Assembly (NCBI GenBank): GCA_051653625.1
Contig: JBOFWM010000063.1
Location: 9,799-73,798, forward strand
Length of the DNA stretch: 64,000 nucleotides
Direction: 5' to 3'
Origin: Lachnospiraceae bacterium
GTDB lineage: Bacteria; Bacillota; Clostridia; Lachnospirales; Lachnospiraceae
Shown here: positions 9,096 through 16,696 of the stretch, piece by piece
Layout: each line of letters opens with the position of its first letter
Position numbering within the stretch: the first letter of the stretch is position 1
Notes under the pieces: generated by a model
Told to the model about the DNA's origin: nothing
Database searches by the model: none
The model's input: the letters and a program-made list of their open reading frames with translations, nothing else
Translations under genes and position numbers: made by a program

Positions 9096-10433
9096 ATGGC
9101 AGTACTTGATGAAACATTAATTAAGAAAGTATTACCTCATAGTATAGAGGCGGAGCAATCAGTTATTGGATCTATGCTTATGGATAAAGAAGTAATTGTG
9201 GTTGTTTCGGAATTAATTACGGGTGATGATTTTTATAGTAAACAATATCAAATTCTTTTTGAAACTATGGTGGAATTAAATAATGAAGGAAAGCCGGTGG
9301 ATCCGGTTACACTTCAGGATCGATTAAAAGAAAAAGATGTACCACCTCAAATTAGTGATTTAGAATTTATGCGAGAAATTTTAACATCTAGATTTACTTC
9401 TGCTAATGTACGTGCTTATGCCAATATTGTTTCAGAAAAAGCGACATTAAGAAGATTAATTCGTCTAAATGAGGAGATTGCTAACACTTGTTATTTAGGG
9501 AAAGAGAATTTAGAATATATTTTAGCAGATACAGAAAAAAGAGTATTTGATATTGTTCAAAGAAAAAGTACACAGGAATTTGTTCCAATTAGAAAAATTG
9601 TAATGAATGCACTTGATAAAATAGAAGAAGCAGGGAAAACTTCTGGTAGTGTAACAGGGATTGCAACAGGGTTTTTGGACTTAGATTATAAAACATCGGG
9701 TATGCAACCAGCGGACTTGGTTTTAATAGCTGCAAGACCTTCTATGGGAAAGACTGCATTTGTGTTAAATATTGCTCAAAATGTTGCATTTCGATTAAAT
9801 GAAACGGTAGCAATTTTTAGTTTGGAAATGTCAAAAGAACAACTTGTAAATCGTATGTTTTCACTTGAATCTAGAGTGGATGCACAACATTTGAGAAGCG
9901 GTAAATTAAGTGATCTTGAGTGGGAAAAATTAATTGAAAGTGCTGGTGTTATTGGGCAATCGAATTTAATTATTGATGACACGCCAGGGATAAGTATTTC
10001 GGAATTAAGATCAAAGTGTAGAAAGTTCAAATTAGAACAAAATCTTAGTATGATTATCATTGATTATTTACAATTAATGTCTGGAAGTGGAAAAAATGAA
10101 TCGAGACAACAAGAAATATCTGATATTTCAAGATCTTTAAAATCGATAGCAAGAGAGCTTAAGGTCCCTGTATTGGCATTATCTCAGTTAAGTCGTGCGG
10201 TGGAGACTAGACCGGATCACAGACCGATTATGTCAGATTTACGTGAATCAGGAGCGATAGAACAGGATGCCGATGTTGTAATGTTTATCTATCGTGATGA
10301 TTATTATGACAAAGACTCCGAGAAAAAAGGAATTGCAGAAATAATTATTGCAAAACAAAGAAATGGTCCAATTGGTACAGTTGATCTTGTGTGGTTGCCA
10401 GAATATACAAAGTTTGCTAATTTACAAAGATAA
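9096..10433 (+). CDS. dnaB: replicative DNA helicase (DnaB family; DnaC in B. subtilis nomenclature)
   Basis: PHSIEAEQSVIGSML N-terminus, Walker A ARPSMGKTAF, IIDYLQLM and QLSRAVE motifs. Confidence 0.95.
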   Translation: MAVLDETLIKKVLPHSIEAEQSVIGSMLMDKEVIVVVSELITGDDFYSKQYQILFETMVELNNEGKPVDPVTLQDRLKEKDVPPQISDLEFMREILTSRFTSANVRAYANIVSEKATLRRLIRLNEEIANTCYLGKENLEYILADTEKRVFDIVQRKSTQEFVPIRKIVMNALDKIEEAGKTSGSVTGIATGFLDLDYKTSGMQPADLVLIAARPSMGKTAFVLNIAQNVAFRLNETVAIFSLEMSKEQLVNRMFSLESRVDAQHLRSGKLSDLEWEKLIESAGVIGQSNLIIDDTPGISISELRSKCRKFKLEQNLSMIIIDYLQLMSGSGKNESRQQEISDISRSLKSIARELKVPVLALSQLSRAVETRPDHRPIMSDLRESGAIEQDADVVMFIYRDDYYDKDSEKKGIAEIIIAKQRNGPIGTVDLVWLPEYTKFANLQR

Positions 10434-10448
10434 ATAAATATTCATACA

Positions 10449-10485
10449 AAAGAGAATGAGCATATAGGCTTATTCTCTTTTTTTA
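10449..10485 (+). terminator. rho-independent terminator after dnaB
   Basis: Stem aaagagaatgagc / gcttattctcttt (one G-U pair) followed by a T-run. Confidence 0.75.
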
Positions 10486-10506
10486 TAAAAGTAGGAGGGA
10501 ATAAAA

Positions 10507-11049
10507 ATGGAAAAAGAAAAAAACACAATTTCAGAAACTGCAAAATTAGTAGGAGTAGAAAATCATGTATTACGATATTGGGAGGAAGAACTTGAGCTAG
10601 ATATTTATAGAAATGAAGTTGGTCATAGATTTTATACATTAAAAGATATAAACACCTTTAAAAAAATTAAAAATTGGAAAGAAAAAGGACTACAATTAAA
10701 AGCGATAAAAGGAATGTTGGGTATACATAAGAATGAAAATATTGTTTCAATTTATCCATATGAAAGAAATGAACATGAAGTAAGTACAGAAGATATAAAA
10801 ATACAAAGACTTCAAAGTATATTAAAAAATATGATGCAAGAGGCCGTTTCAGATGCATTGATTGATTTTAGTGAAGAATTGACAAAAGAAATAAAAGAAG
10901 AAATACGATATGAATTTGAAAGAAAAGAGCTAATGGATCGAGAAATAATGAAAATACAAAATGAAAGGTTGGAAAAACATTTTCAAGAACTTGATACAAG
11001 GTTGAGAGAAGTGAGTGGAAAAAAAAGAAAAAAGCATTCAATATTTTGA
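10507..11049 (+). CDS. MerR-family transcriptional regulator
   Basis: N-terminal HTH ISETAKLVGVENHVLRYWEEEL...GHRFYTLKDI followed by a coiled-coil-like charged C-terminal half. Confidence 0.8.
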   Translation: MEKEKNTISETAKLVGVENHVLRYWEEELELDIYRNEVGHRFYTLKDINTFKKIKNWKEKGLQLKAIKGMLGIHKNENIVSIYPYERNEHEVSTEDIKIQRLQSILKNMMQEAVSDALIDFSEELTKEIKEEIRYEFERKELMDREIMKIQNERLEKHFQELDTRLREVSGKKRKKHSIF

Positions 11050-11067
11050 ATGCTTTTCCTTTTTATT
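11021..11067. terminator. bidirectional terminator shared by the MerR gene and the convergent ferredoxin gene
   Basis: Perfect 11-bp stem aaagcattcaa / ttgaatgcttt flanked by an A-run upstream and a T-rich run downstream. Confidence 0.65.
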
Positions 11068-11236
11068 AACCTTCTGAAATTGCGCCTACAGGACAAGCTC
11101 CTGCGCATGATCCACAGTCGATGCATGTGTCAGCACTGATTTCAAATTGAGAATCTCCTTGGCTGATTGCGTTAACTGGACATTGAGATTCACATGCTCC
11201 ACAACTTACGCATGAGTCACTAATTACATATGCCAT
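11066..11236 (-). CDS. fdx: clostridial-type 2x[4Fe-4S] ferredoxin (56 aa; below the ORF-track size cutoff)
   Basis: Hand translation gives MAYVISDSCVSCGACESQCPVNAISQGDSQFEISADTCIDCGSCAGACPVGAISEG, with two CxxCxxCxxxCP motifs. aaaaggagg lies 8 nt upstream of the ATG. Confidence 0.9.
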   Translation of the reverse strand: MAYVISDSCVSCGACESQCPVNAISQGDSQFEISADTCIDCGSCAGACPVGAISEG

Positions 11237-11340
11237 TGTTATGACCTCCTTTTAAAAAAATACATTTCTACATTATCTAGTGTAATACAATTTTTTAGTT
11301 TGTACAACAAAAAATTGAAAAAAATAGATACAAATTGAAA

Positions 11341-12090
11341 TTAACTTTCTAAGCGTCGTGCCTTTATTCCGTTTAAAATCATTTGTTTCTTTTCTGGTAT
11401 AAGTTCTTTGTCCATTGCTGGAAGATCTGCTAATTTATATTTGATACCTAAGCTATCATATTTAGGTTTCCCCATAGTATGGTATGGTAATACATCTAAA
11501 ACTTTAATATTTTTAAACTCGCCGATTGCATATCCTAATTTATATAAATCGTCATCATTATCGGTAAGACCTGGAACAACAACATGACGAATCCACATAG
11601 GAATATTTTTTTCGTTTAAATAAGATGCAAATGCAAGAATTGGATCGTTTGGTTGTGCTGTTAATTCTTTATGCTTAATTGGATCGATATGTTTAATATC
11701 AAGCATAATTAGATCAGTTAAAGAGAGAAGTTTGTTTAATTTTTCCATCCATTCACTATCTTCTGGATAAAAACAAATTCCAGAAGTATCAATACATGTA
11801 TGAATATTCTCTTTTTTTGCAAGCATAAACAATTCAATTAAAAAATCAACTTGTAATAATGGTTCACCGCCAGTAACAGTAATACCACCACCGTTGTAAA
11901 AGCCAATATTACGCATATACTGCTCGATAATATAGGAAGGCTCTAAAAGTGTGCCACCATCTAAATTCCAAGTATCTGGGTTATGACAATAAGCACAACG
12001 CATAGGGCAGCCTTGTGTAAAGACTACATATCGCACGCCAGGGCCATCTACTGTGCCAAAACTTTCTAAAGAGTGAATTTTTCCTTTCAT
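11341..12090 (-). CDS. pflA: pyruvate formate-lyase activating enzyme (radical SAM)
   Basis: MKGKIHSLESFGTVDGPGVRYVVFTQGCPMRCAYCHNPDTW is the glycyl-radical activase N-terminus, including CxxxCxxC. ATG 12090 is preceded by gaaaggag. The ORF-track start at 12126 lies inside the upstream terminator. Confidence 0.92.
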   Translation of the reverse strand: MKGKIHSLESFGTVDGPGVRYVVFTQGCPMRCAYCHNPDTWNLDGGTLLEPSYIIEQYMRNIGFYNGGGITVTGGEPLLQVDFLIELFMLAKKENIHTCIDTSGICFYPEDSEWMEKLNKLLSLTDLIMLDIKHIDPIKHKELTAQPNDPILAFASYLNEKNIPMWIRHVVVPGLTDNDDDLYKLGYAIGEFKNIKVLDVLPYHTMGKPKYDSLGIKYKLADLPAMDKELIPEKKQMILNGIKARRLES

Positions 12091-12112
12091 ACTTAGTTCT
12101 CCTTTCTTAATT

Positions 12113-12142
12113 ATGAAAAAAACCACACCGCAGGGTGTGGTT
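12113..12142 (-). terminator. intrinsic terminator between the glycyl-radical subunit gene and pflA
   Basis: On the minus strand: AACCACACC-cugc-GGUGUGGUU (9-bp stem) followed by UUUUUU. It lies 23 nt upstream of the pflA start. Confidence 0.75.
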
Positions 12143-12156
12143 TTCTTTTGTAGTTA

Positions 12157-12399
12157 CTATACCGCTGAATGGAAAGTACGTGAAATTACATCTGCTTGTT
12201 GTTCTGGTGTTAATTTGATGAAATTAACAGCATATCCTGAAACACGGATAGTTAATTGAGGATAATTTTCTGGGTGTGCTTTTGCATCTTCTAACATTTC
12301 TCTATTTAAAACATTAACGTTAAGATGATGTCCACCTTTTTCTGAATATCCATCTAATAAAGACACTAAATTATCGATTTGAGCGTTACTTGTTGACAT
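12157..12399 (-). CDS. stand-alone glycyl-radical domain protein (GrcA/YfiD-like; the detached C-terminal domain of PFL)
   Basis: 80 aa: ..[56 protein letters not shown] contains the RVSGY glycyl-radical motif. It has its own RBS (aaaaggag, then 8 nt, then ATG). Confidence 0.9.
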   Translation of the reverse strand: MSTSNAQIDNLVSLLDGYSEKGGHHLNVNVLNREMLEDAKAHPENYPQLTIRVSGYAVNFIKLTPEQQADVISRTFHSAV

Positions 12400-12416
12400 A
12401 GTATTTTCTCCTTTTC

Positions 12417-12635
12417 TTATTTGTTTTGTGTATAGTCATCAAGACCTTGTTGTAAAGTAGGAACACTGCATGCTAAAGGAGTACGAGAACAATCGGTACA
12501 ACCCATAGTATGAACTTCTTTAGTAGTATTGGTCGATTCATTTACGTTGACATTTACATGTCCTATGCCTTTTTCCATACCAGAATCAAGCATTGCAACT
12601 AAATCATCAATCATTTGTTTTTCATTCATAATCAT
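12417..12635 (-). CDS. small Cys-rich paralog of the N-terminal part of the glycyl-radical domain; unknown function
   Basis: 70-72 aa. aggaaaggag precedes ATG 12635 and ATG 12629, and the second has better spacing. [25 protein letters not shown] matches the 80-aa protein at 14 of 25 positions. The tail has [15 protein letters not shown] and no RVSGY. Confidence 0.65.
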   Translation of the reverse strand: MIMNEKQMIDDLVAMLDSGMEKGIGHVNVNVNESTNTTKEVHTMGCTDCSRTPLACSVPTLQQGLDDYTQNK

Positions 12636-12653
12636 GCTCCTTTCCTAATTATA

Positions 12654-14693
12654 TTAGTTGTTTAAATCTAGTTCTAAATCACCAACAAATACTTGGTCTT
12701 CTTTTCCAAGAGCACCTGGAATGATAGTAAATGTATTAGAGATACCATCTTGTGAATCGTTAAATGGAAGTTTTGATACAGATGATAATGAAGCAACAGC
12801 TCCTTTTGTATCACGTCCATGCATTGGGTTAGCACCTGGAGCAAAAGGTTGACCCATTTTACGTCCATCAGGTGTAGAACCTGTAGCTTTTCCATAAACA
12901 ACGTTTGAAGTAATTGTTAATACAGACATTGTTGGGAAACCATTTCTATAAGTATGGTGTCTTCTGATCATAGTCATGAATTTAGAAACTAATTCTTTTG
13001 CAATCATATCTACACGATCATCATCATTACCATATTTAGGGAATTCGCCAGTTGTTTCGAAATCAACAATGATTCCGTCTTCGTCTCTGATTGGTTTTAC
13101 AGTTGCATATTTGATTGCTGATAATGAATCGGCAACAACTGAAAGACCAGCGATACCTGTTGCAAAATAACGAAGAACATCTCTATCATGTAAAGCCATT
13201 TGAGCTCTTTCATAAGAGTATTTATCATGCATGTAGTGAATTACATTTAATGTATTAACATAAACATCTGCTAACCATTCCATCATATCTTCAAATGCAG
13301 TAACAACTGTAGCATAATCTAATACATCACCTTCATATTTACGATATCTTGGACCAACTTGTTTTTTAGTTTTTTCATCGATACCACCATTTAAAGAATA
13401 TAATAAACATTTTGCTAAGTTAGCTCTAGCTCCGAAGAATTGCATTTCTTTACCAACACGCATTGAAGATACACAACAAGCAATTGCATAGTCATCACCA
13501 TGAGTTACTCTCATTAAATCATCGTTTTCGTATTGAATAGAAGATGTTTGGATTGACATTTTTGCACAATATTTTTTGAAGTTTGCTGGTAACTTAGTTG
13601 ACCAAAGTACAGTTAAGTTTGGTTCTGGAGCAGGTCCTAAGTTTGTTAAAGTGTGAAGTACACGGAAGCTTGTTTTAGAAACTAAAGGACGTCCGTCGAT
13701 ACCTACACCACCAATAGTTTCAGTAACCCAAACTGGATCTCCTGAGAATAATTGATTGTATTCTGGTGTACGAGCAAATTTAATTAATCTTAATTTCATT
13801 ACAAAATGATCAATAAATTCTTGAACTTGTTCTTCAGTGAATGTTCCGTTTTGGATATCTCTTTCAGCATAAATATCAAGGAATGTAGAAGTACGTCCTA
13901 AAGACATAGCAGCTCCATTTTGTTCTTTAACTGCAGCTAAATAACCAAAGTATGTTGCTTGAATTGCTTCTTGAACATTAGTTGCTGGTTTAGAAATGTC
14001 ACATCCGTAAGACGCAGCCATTTGTTTCATCATTTTAAGAGCAACAATTTGTTCTGAAATTTCTTCACGAAGACGCATAACATCATCAGTCATAACACGT
14101 CCTGTAGAATCTTTTTGTTCTAATTTGTCTTCGATAAGTCTATCAATACCATATAAAGCGATACGTCTGTAATCACCAATAATACGTCCACGTCCGTAAG
14201 CATCTGGAAGACCTGTGATAATATGAGAAGAACGACAAGCTCTCATATCAGCATTGTATGCATCAAAACATCCAGCATTATGAGTTTTTCTGTGTGTAGA
14301 GAAAAATTCACTAATTTCAGGATCTACTGTATATCCGTTATCTTCACATGCTTTTTCTGCCATACGAATACCACCATATGGTTGCATAGAACGTTTAAAA
14401 GGCTTGTCTGTTTGAAATCCTACAATTGTTTCTTTTGATTTATCAAGATATCCTGGTCCGTGTGAAGTAATAGTAGAAACAACTTTAGTATCCATATCAA
14501 GGACACCGCCTGCTTCTCTTTCCTTCTTTGATAAATCCATAACTTGGGCCCATAAATCTGTTGTGTTTTGTGTAGGTCCTGCTAAGAAAGAATCATCACC
14601 TTCATAAGGTGTATAATTTTTTTGAATAAAATCTCTAACATTGATTTCACTTTCCCATTTGCCGCCTACAAAATTTGTCCACTCTGGTTTCAT
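12654..14693 (-). CDS. pflB: pyruvate formate-lyase (formate C-acetyltransferase) catalytic core lacking the glycyl-radical domain
   Basis: 679 aa, colinear with PflB. It includes the Cys-Cys loop [27 protein letters not shown] and [20 protein letters not shown], and ends about 80 aa short of the canonical length. It has an RBS (aggagg) and a consensus promoter upstream. Confidence 0.92.
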   Translation of the reverse strand: MKPEWTNFVGGKWESEINVRDFIQKNYTPYEGDDSFLAGPTQNTTDLWAQVMDLSKKEREAGGVLDMDTKVVSTITSHGPGYLDKSKETIVGFQTDKPFKRSMQPYGGIRMAEKACEDNGYTVDPEISEFFSTHRKTHNAGCFDAYNADMRACRSSHIITGLPDAYGRGRIIGDYRRIALYGIDRLIEDKLEQKDSTGRVMTDDVMRLREEISEQIVALKMMKQMAASYGCDISKPATNVQEAIQATYFGYLAAVKEQNGAAMSLGRTSTFLDIYAERDIQNGTFTEEQVQEFIDHFVMKLRLIKFARTPEYNQLFSGDPVWVTETIGGVGIDGRPLVSKTSFRVLHTLTNLGPAPEPNLTVLWSTKLPANFKKYCAKMSIQTSSIQYENDDLMRVTHGDDYAIACCVSSMRVGKEMQFFGARANLAKCLLYSLNGGIDEKTKKQVGPRYRKYEGDVLDYATVVTAFEDMMEWLADVYVNTLNVIHYMHDKYSYERAQMALHDRDVLRYFATGIAGLSVVADSLSAIKYATVKPIRDEDGIIVDFETTGEFPKYGNDDDRVDMIAKELVSKFMTMIRRHHTYRNGFPTMSVLTITSNVVYGKATGSTPDGRKMGQPFAPGANPMHGRDTKGAVASLSSVSKLPFNDSQDGISNTFTIIPGALGKEDQVFVGDLELDLNN

Positions 14694-14718
14694 TTTGAAA
14701 ATGCCTCCTATAATTTGA

Positions 14719-14736
14719 TTGTTAAATTTTTGTTAA
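14719..14736. repeat. direct repeat TTGTTAA-N4-TTGTTAA (11-bp phase) in the pflB 5' UTR
   Basis: Read directly from the sequence. It lies between the predicted -10 element (14750-14755) and the pflB RBS. Confidence 0.5.
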
Positions 14737-14749
14737 TCTTCTAGAGTTC

Positions 14750-14778
14750 ATTATATCTTTGATTGTTCATGACGTCAA
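14750..14778 (-). promoter_or_regulatory. sigma-A-type promoter of pflB
   Basis: On the minus strand: TTGACG, a 17-nt spacer, then TATAAT. It lies about 50 nt upstream of the pflB ATG. Confidence 0.7.
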
Positions 14779-14817
14779 GATAATGGAATGTACTTTTTTT
14801 GGTACAAATTTAAGGTG

Positions 14818-14846
14818 TTGCATTAAGAAAAAGAACATATTATACT
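14818..14846 (+). promoter_or_regulatory. sigma-A-type promoter of the DUF1858 gene
   Basis: TTGCAT, a 17-nt spacer, then TATACT. It lies 35 nt upstream of ATG 14881. Confidence 0.55.
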
Positions 14847-14880
14847 TATTAAATATTATAATGGAGAATGGAGGAAGAAA

Positions 14881-15069
14881 ATGACAGTATCTAAAGAAAC
14901 AACAATAGGTGAAGTGTTACGTCAAAAACCATCGGCAGCAGCTGTATTGATTGGAGTGGGAATGCATTGTGTGGGTTGTCCATCAGCACAATCAGAAACA
15001 ATTGAAGAAGCTGCAATGGTCCATGGAATGGATGTTGAAGAATTGATGAATAAAATTTTAGAAGCATAA
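14881..15069 (+). CDS. DUF1858 / hybrid-cluster-protein-associated redox disulfide family small protein
   Basis: 62 aa: [48 protein letters not shown], with a CxxC motif typical of this family. Confidence 0.7.
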   Translation: MTVSKETTIGEVLRQKPSAAAVLIGVGMHCVGCPSAQSETIEEAAMVHGMDVEELMNKILEA

Positions 15070-15107
15070 AAAAATCCAGATTGTTTATTAGCAATCTGGA
15101 TTTTTTT
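15068..15107. terminator. bidirectional terminator between the DUF1858 gene and mecA
   Basis: Perfect 11-bp stem aatccagattg / caatctggatt flanked by an A-run and a T-run. Confidence 0.8.
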
Positions 15108-15873
15108 AAATTTTGTTTAAATTTTGAAGCGCATTATCTTTTATTAAAACATCATAATATTCTTCAAAAAATGCTTCTGATGCAGTAGTATTTTTTTCTA
15201 GGTGTCCATATTCTGACAAGGTGTTACAAATTTTATTGAATTCAGAAGGTGTGTGGTGAGATTTTGATACAATAAGCCAGTATTTACCAGTTTTAATATT
15301 TTTGTATAAAGAGTTAATTCCATCATAATAAGAGGATAGAATATGACTAACTCTTGTAATATGATCAATGGAAGTAAAAGAAAAATAACGAATAATTTCA
15401 AAATCCGCTAAAGTGTCCTCGGTAGAAAGTTCGTCTTTATTATCCAATTCTTCTGTTTGAGAAATTATATCTTCTTTCGCCTCTAATGTATTGTTTTTGG
15501 TAGATACTTTTTTAAATAAATCTAAAATATCATCTGCACCTGTTAAAGAAGATTCTACAATTGCATCATCTGATTGAGTGTGAACAGATGGCGCAAACTT
15601 AGAAAAACGAGTGTCTAGTTCTTCTGGATCTTCAACTTTTGTAATAATAAGAACAATACAATCGCTATTTAAAGGGATTGCTTCAATCATAAGAGGAATA
15701 TCCTCTGCTTCAAATCCAAATTTTTGATTTGCTTGTTGCATCATATCACGAAATAAATCTTTTGCTTTTTCGGTTCCATATGCTAATTCGCTTAATTTTA
15801 GCTCTCTATCAGCTAAGTCTGCTTTCGTTAAGGTACATTTAATTTGGTGGTCATTTACTTTTTCTATTTTCAT
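15106..15873 (-). CDS. mecA: adaptor protein MecA (ClpC adaptor)
   Basis: MKIEKVNDHQIKCTLTKADLADRELKLSEL.. N-domain, an acidic linker and a C-terminal domain with the same architecture as B. subtilis MecA. Confidence 0.85.
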   Translation of the reverse strand: MKIEKVNDHQIKCTLTKADLADRELKLSELAYGTEKAKDLFRDMMQQANQKFGFEAEDIPLMIEAIPLNSDCIVLIITKVEDPEELDTRFSKFAPSVHTQSDDAIVESSLTGADDILDLFKKVSTKNNTLEAKEDIISQTEELDNKDELSTEDTLADFEIIRYFSFTSIDHITRVSHILSSYYDGINSLYKNIKTGKYWLIVSKSHHTPSEFNKICNTLSEYGHLEKNTTASEAFFEEYYDVLIKDNALQNLNKI

Positions 15874-16060
15874 ATTTTTCAGGCCTTTCTAACACTACAT
15901 CTTTACCAAATAGTATAGGACACCATAATACATTCTTATGTGAACAGTTAAAAAACTATACACTTTTATCAAAGTGTAAAAATATTTTATACACTATCAT
16001 ATGCTAAGTCAAGACTATTGGAAGTTGTTTTTAAAAAATTTATAAAAATTTGATATTTAC

Positions 16061-16089
16061 TTGCTTTTTAAAAGGAAATTCGCTATAAT
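16061..16089 (+). promoter_or_regulatory. near-consensus sigma-A promoter in the mecA/orphan-ORF intergenic region
   Basis: TTGCTT, a 17-nt spacer, then TATAAT. The predicted TSS is near 16096, about 345 nt upstream of the next ATG (16441). Confidence 0.6.
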
Positions 16090-16440
16090 ATTTTACAGAA
16101 GTTGTATCAGATAGTCTGTATCAAAAGGAGGCTAGCGGTTTACAATTAGTATTTACATATTTATTCATTTTTAATATAGGTAATTATAAGAAATAGTTAC
16201 TTATTATCTTTGCCTTTCATAAGGCAGTCTTAAAAGCATACGTGCAATTCGAATTTATTTTCCAAGACAATTTATATTACAATTCAAACAAAGCAAAAAG
16301 AGTATTAAGGATCAAAATCGATACACGTCTGATTCAATTCTTCTAATTACAATCATCAAAACAAAGAATAAAACATATTTCAACTAAAAGTTATATCACG
16401 AATTCTTTTGGTCTTGTTGAAATAGGAAGGAGGTTCATTC

Positions 16441-16653
16441 ATGAATGAAAGAGGCCGCCGTCTTCAAAAACAATTAAAACATGCTGATGAAGAACAAGTA
16501 AAGATATTCTATAATAATAAACCATCTTGCTATGAAGAAGTTAGCAAAATTAATTGGGTTAATGAAGAGATGGAATATGTACCTGAATTTATCGTATGTG
16601 AAGATGGGCAGGTGAAAGAAATATATTTTAAGGATAGTAGTACTGAGTATTAA
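16441..16653 (+). CDS. hypothetical small protein (70 aa)
   Basis: Strong RBS (aggaaggagg) 7 nt upstream of the ATG. I recognise no motif. Confidence 0.55.
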   Translation: MNERGRRLQKQLKHADEEQVKIFYNNKPSCYEEVSKINWVNEEMEYVPEFIVCEDGQVKEIYFKDSSTEY

Positions 16654-16696
16654 AAGTAGACAAATCTATATTTTAATTTATTCCCCGTATATTTGA

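Noticed and set aside
12399-12660. The idea that the split PFL is merely a pseudogene created by a nonsense or frameshift mutation
   Set aside because: The core ORF ends with two in-frame stops (TAA..TAG). Each of the three ORFs has its own well-spaced Shine-Dalgarno sequence and ATG. The radical-domain ORF is complete and undamaged, with RVSGY intact. The combined length (759 aa) matches a full PFL. A single lesion would not create this organisation. Assembly error still needs to be excluded experimentally.
14719-14736. A canonical Rex operator upstream of pflB
   Set aside because: The two TTGTTAA copies are direct repeats, not the inverted TTGTTAA-N4-TTAACAA arrangement. It is reported only as an unexplained repeat.
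16124-16150. A preQ1-type riboswitch or a small ORF behind the AAAGGAGG in the long leader
   Set aside because: No complementary CCUCC-type strand is present to form the P1 stem of a preQ1 aptamer. No ATG, GTG or TTG lies within 5-12 nt of the SD-like element. The next in-frame triplets run into TAG.
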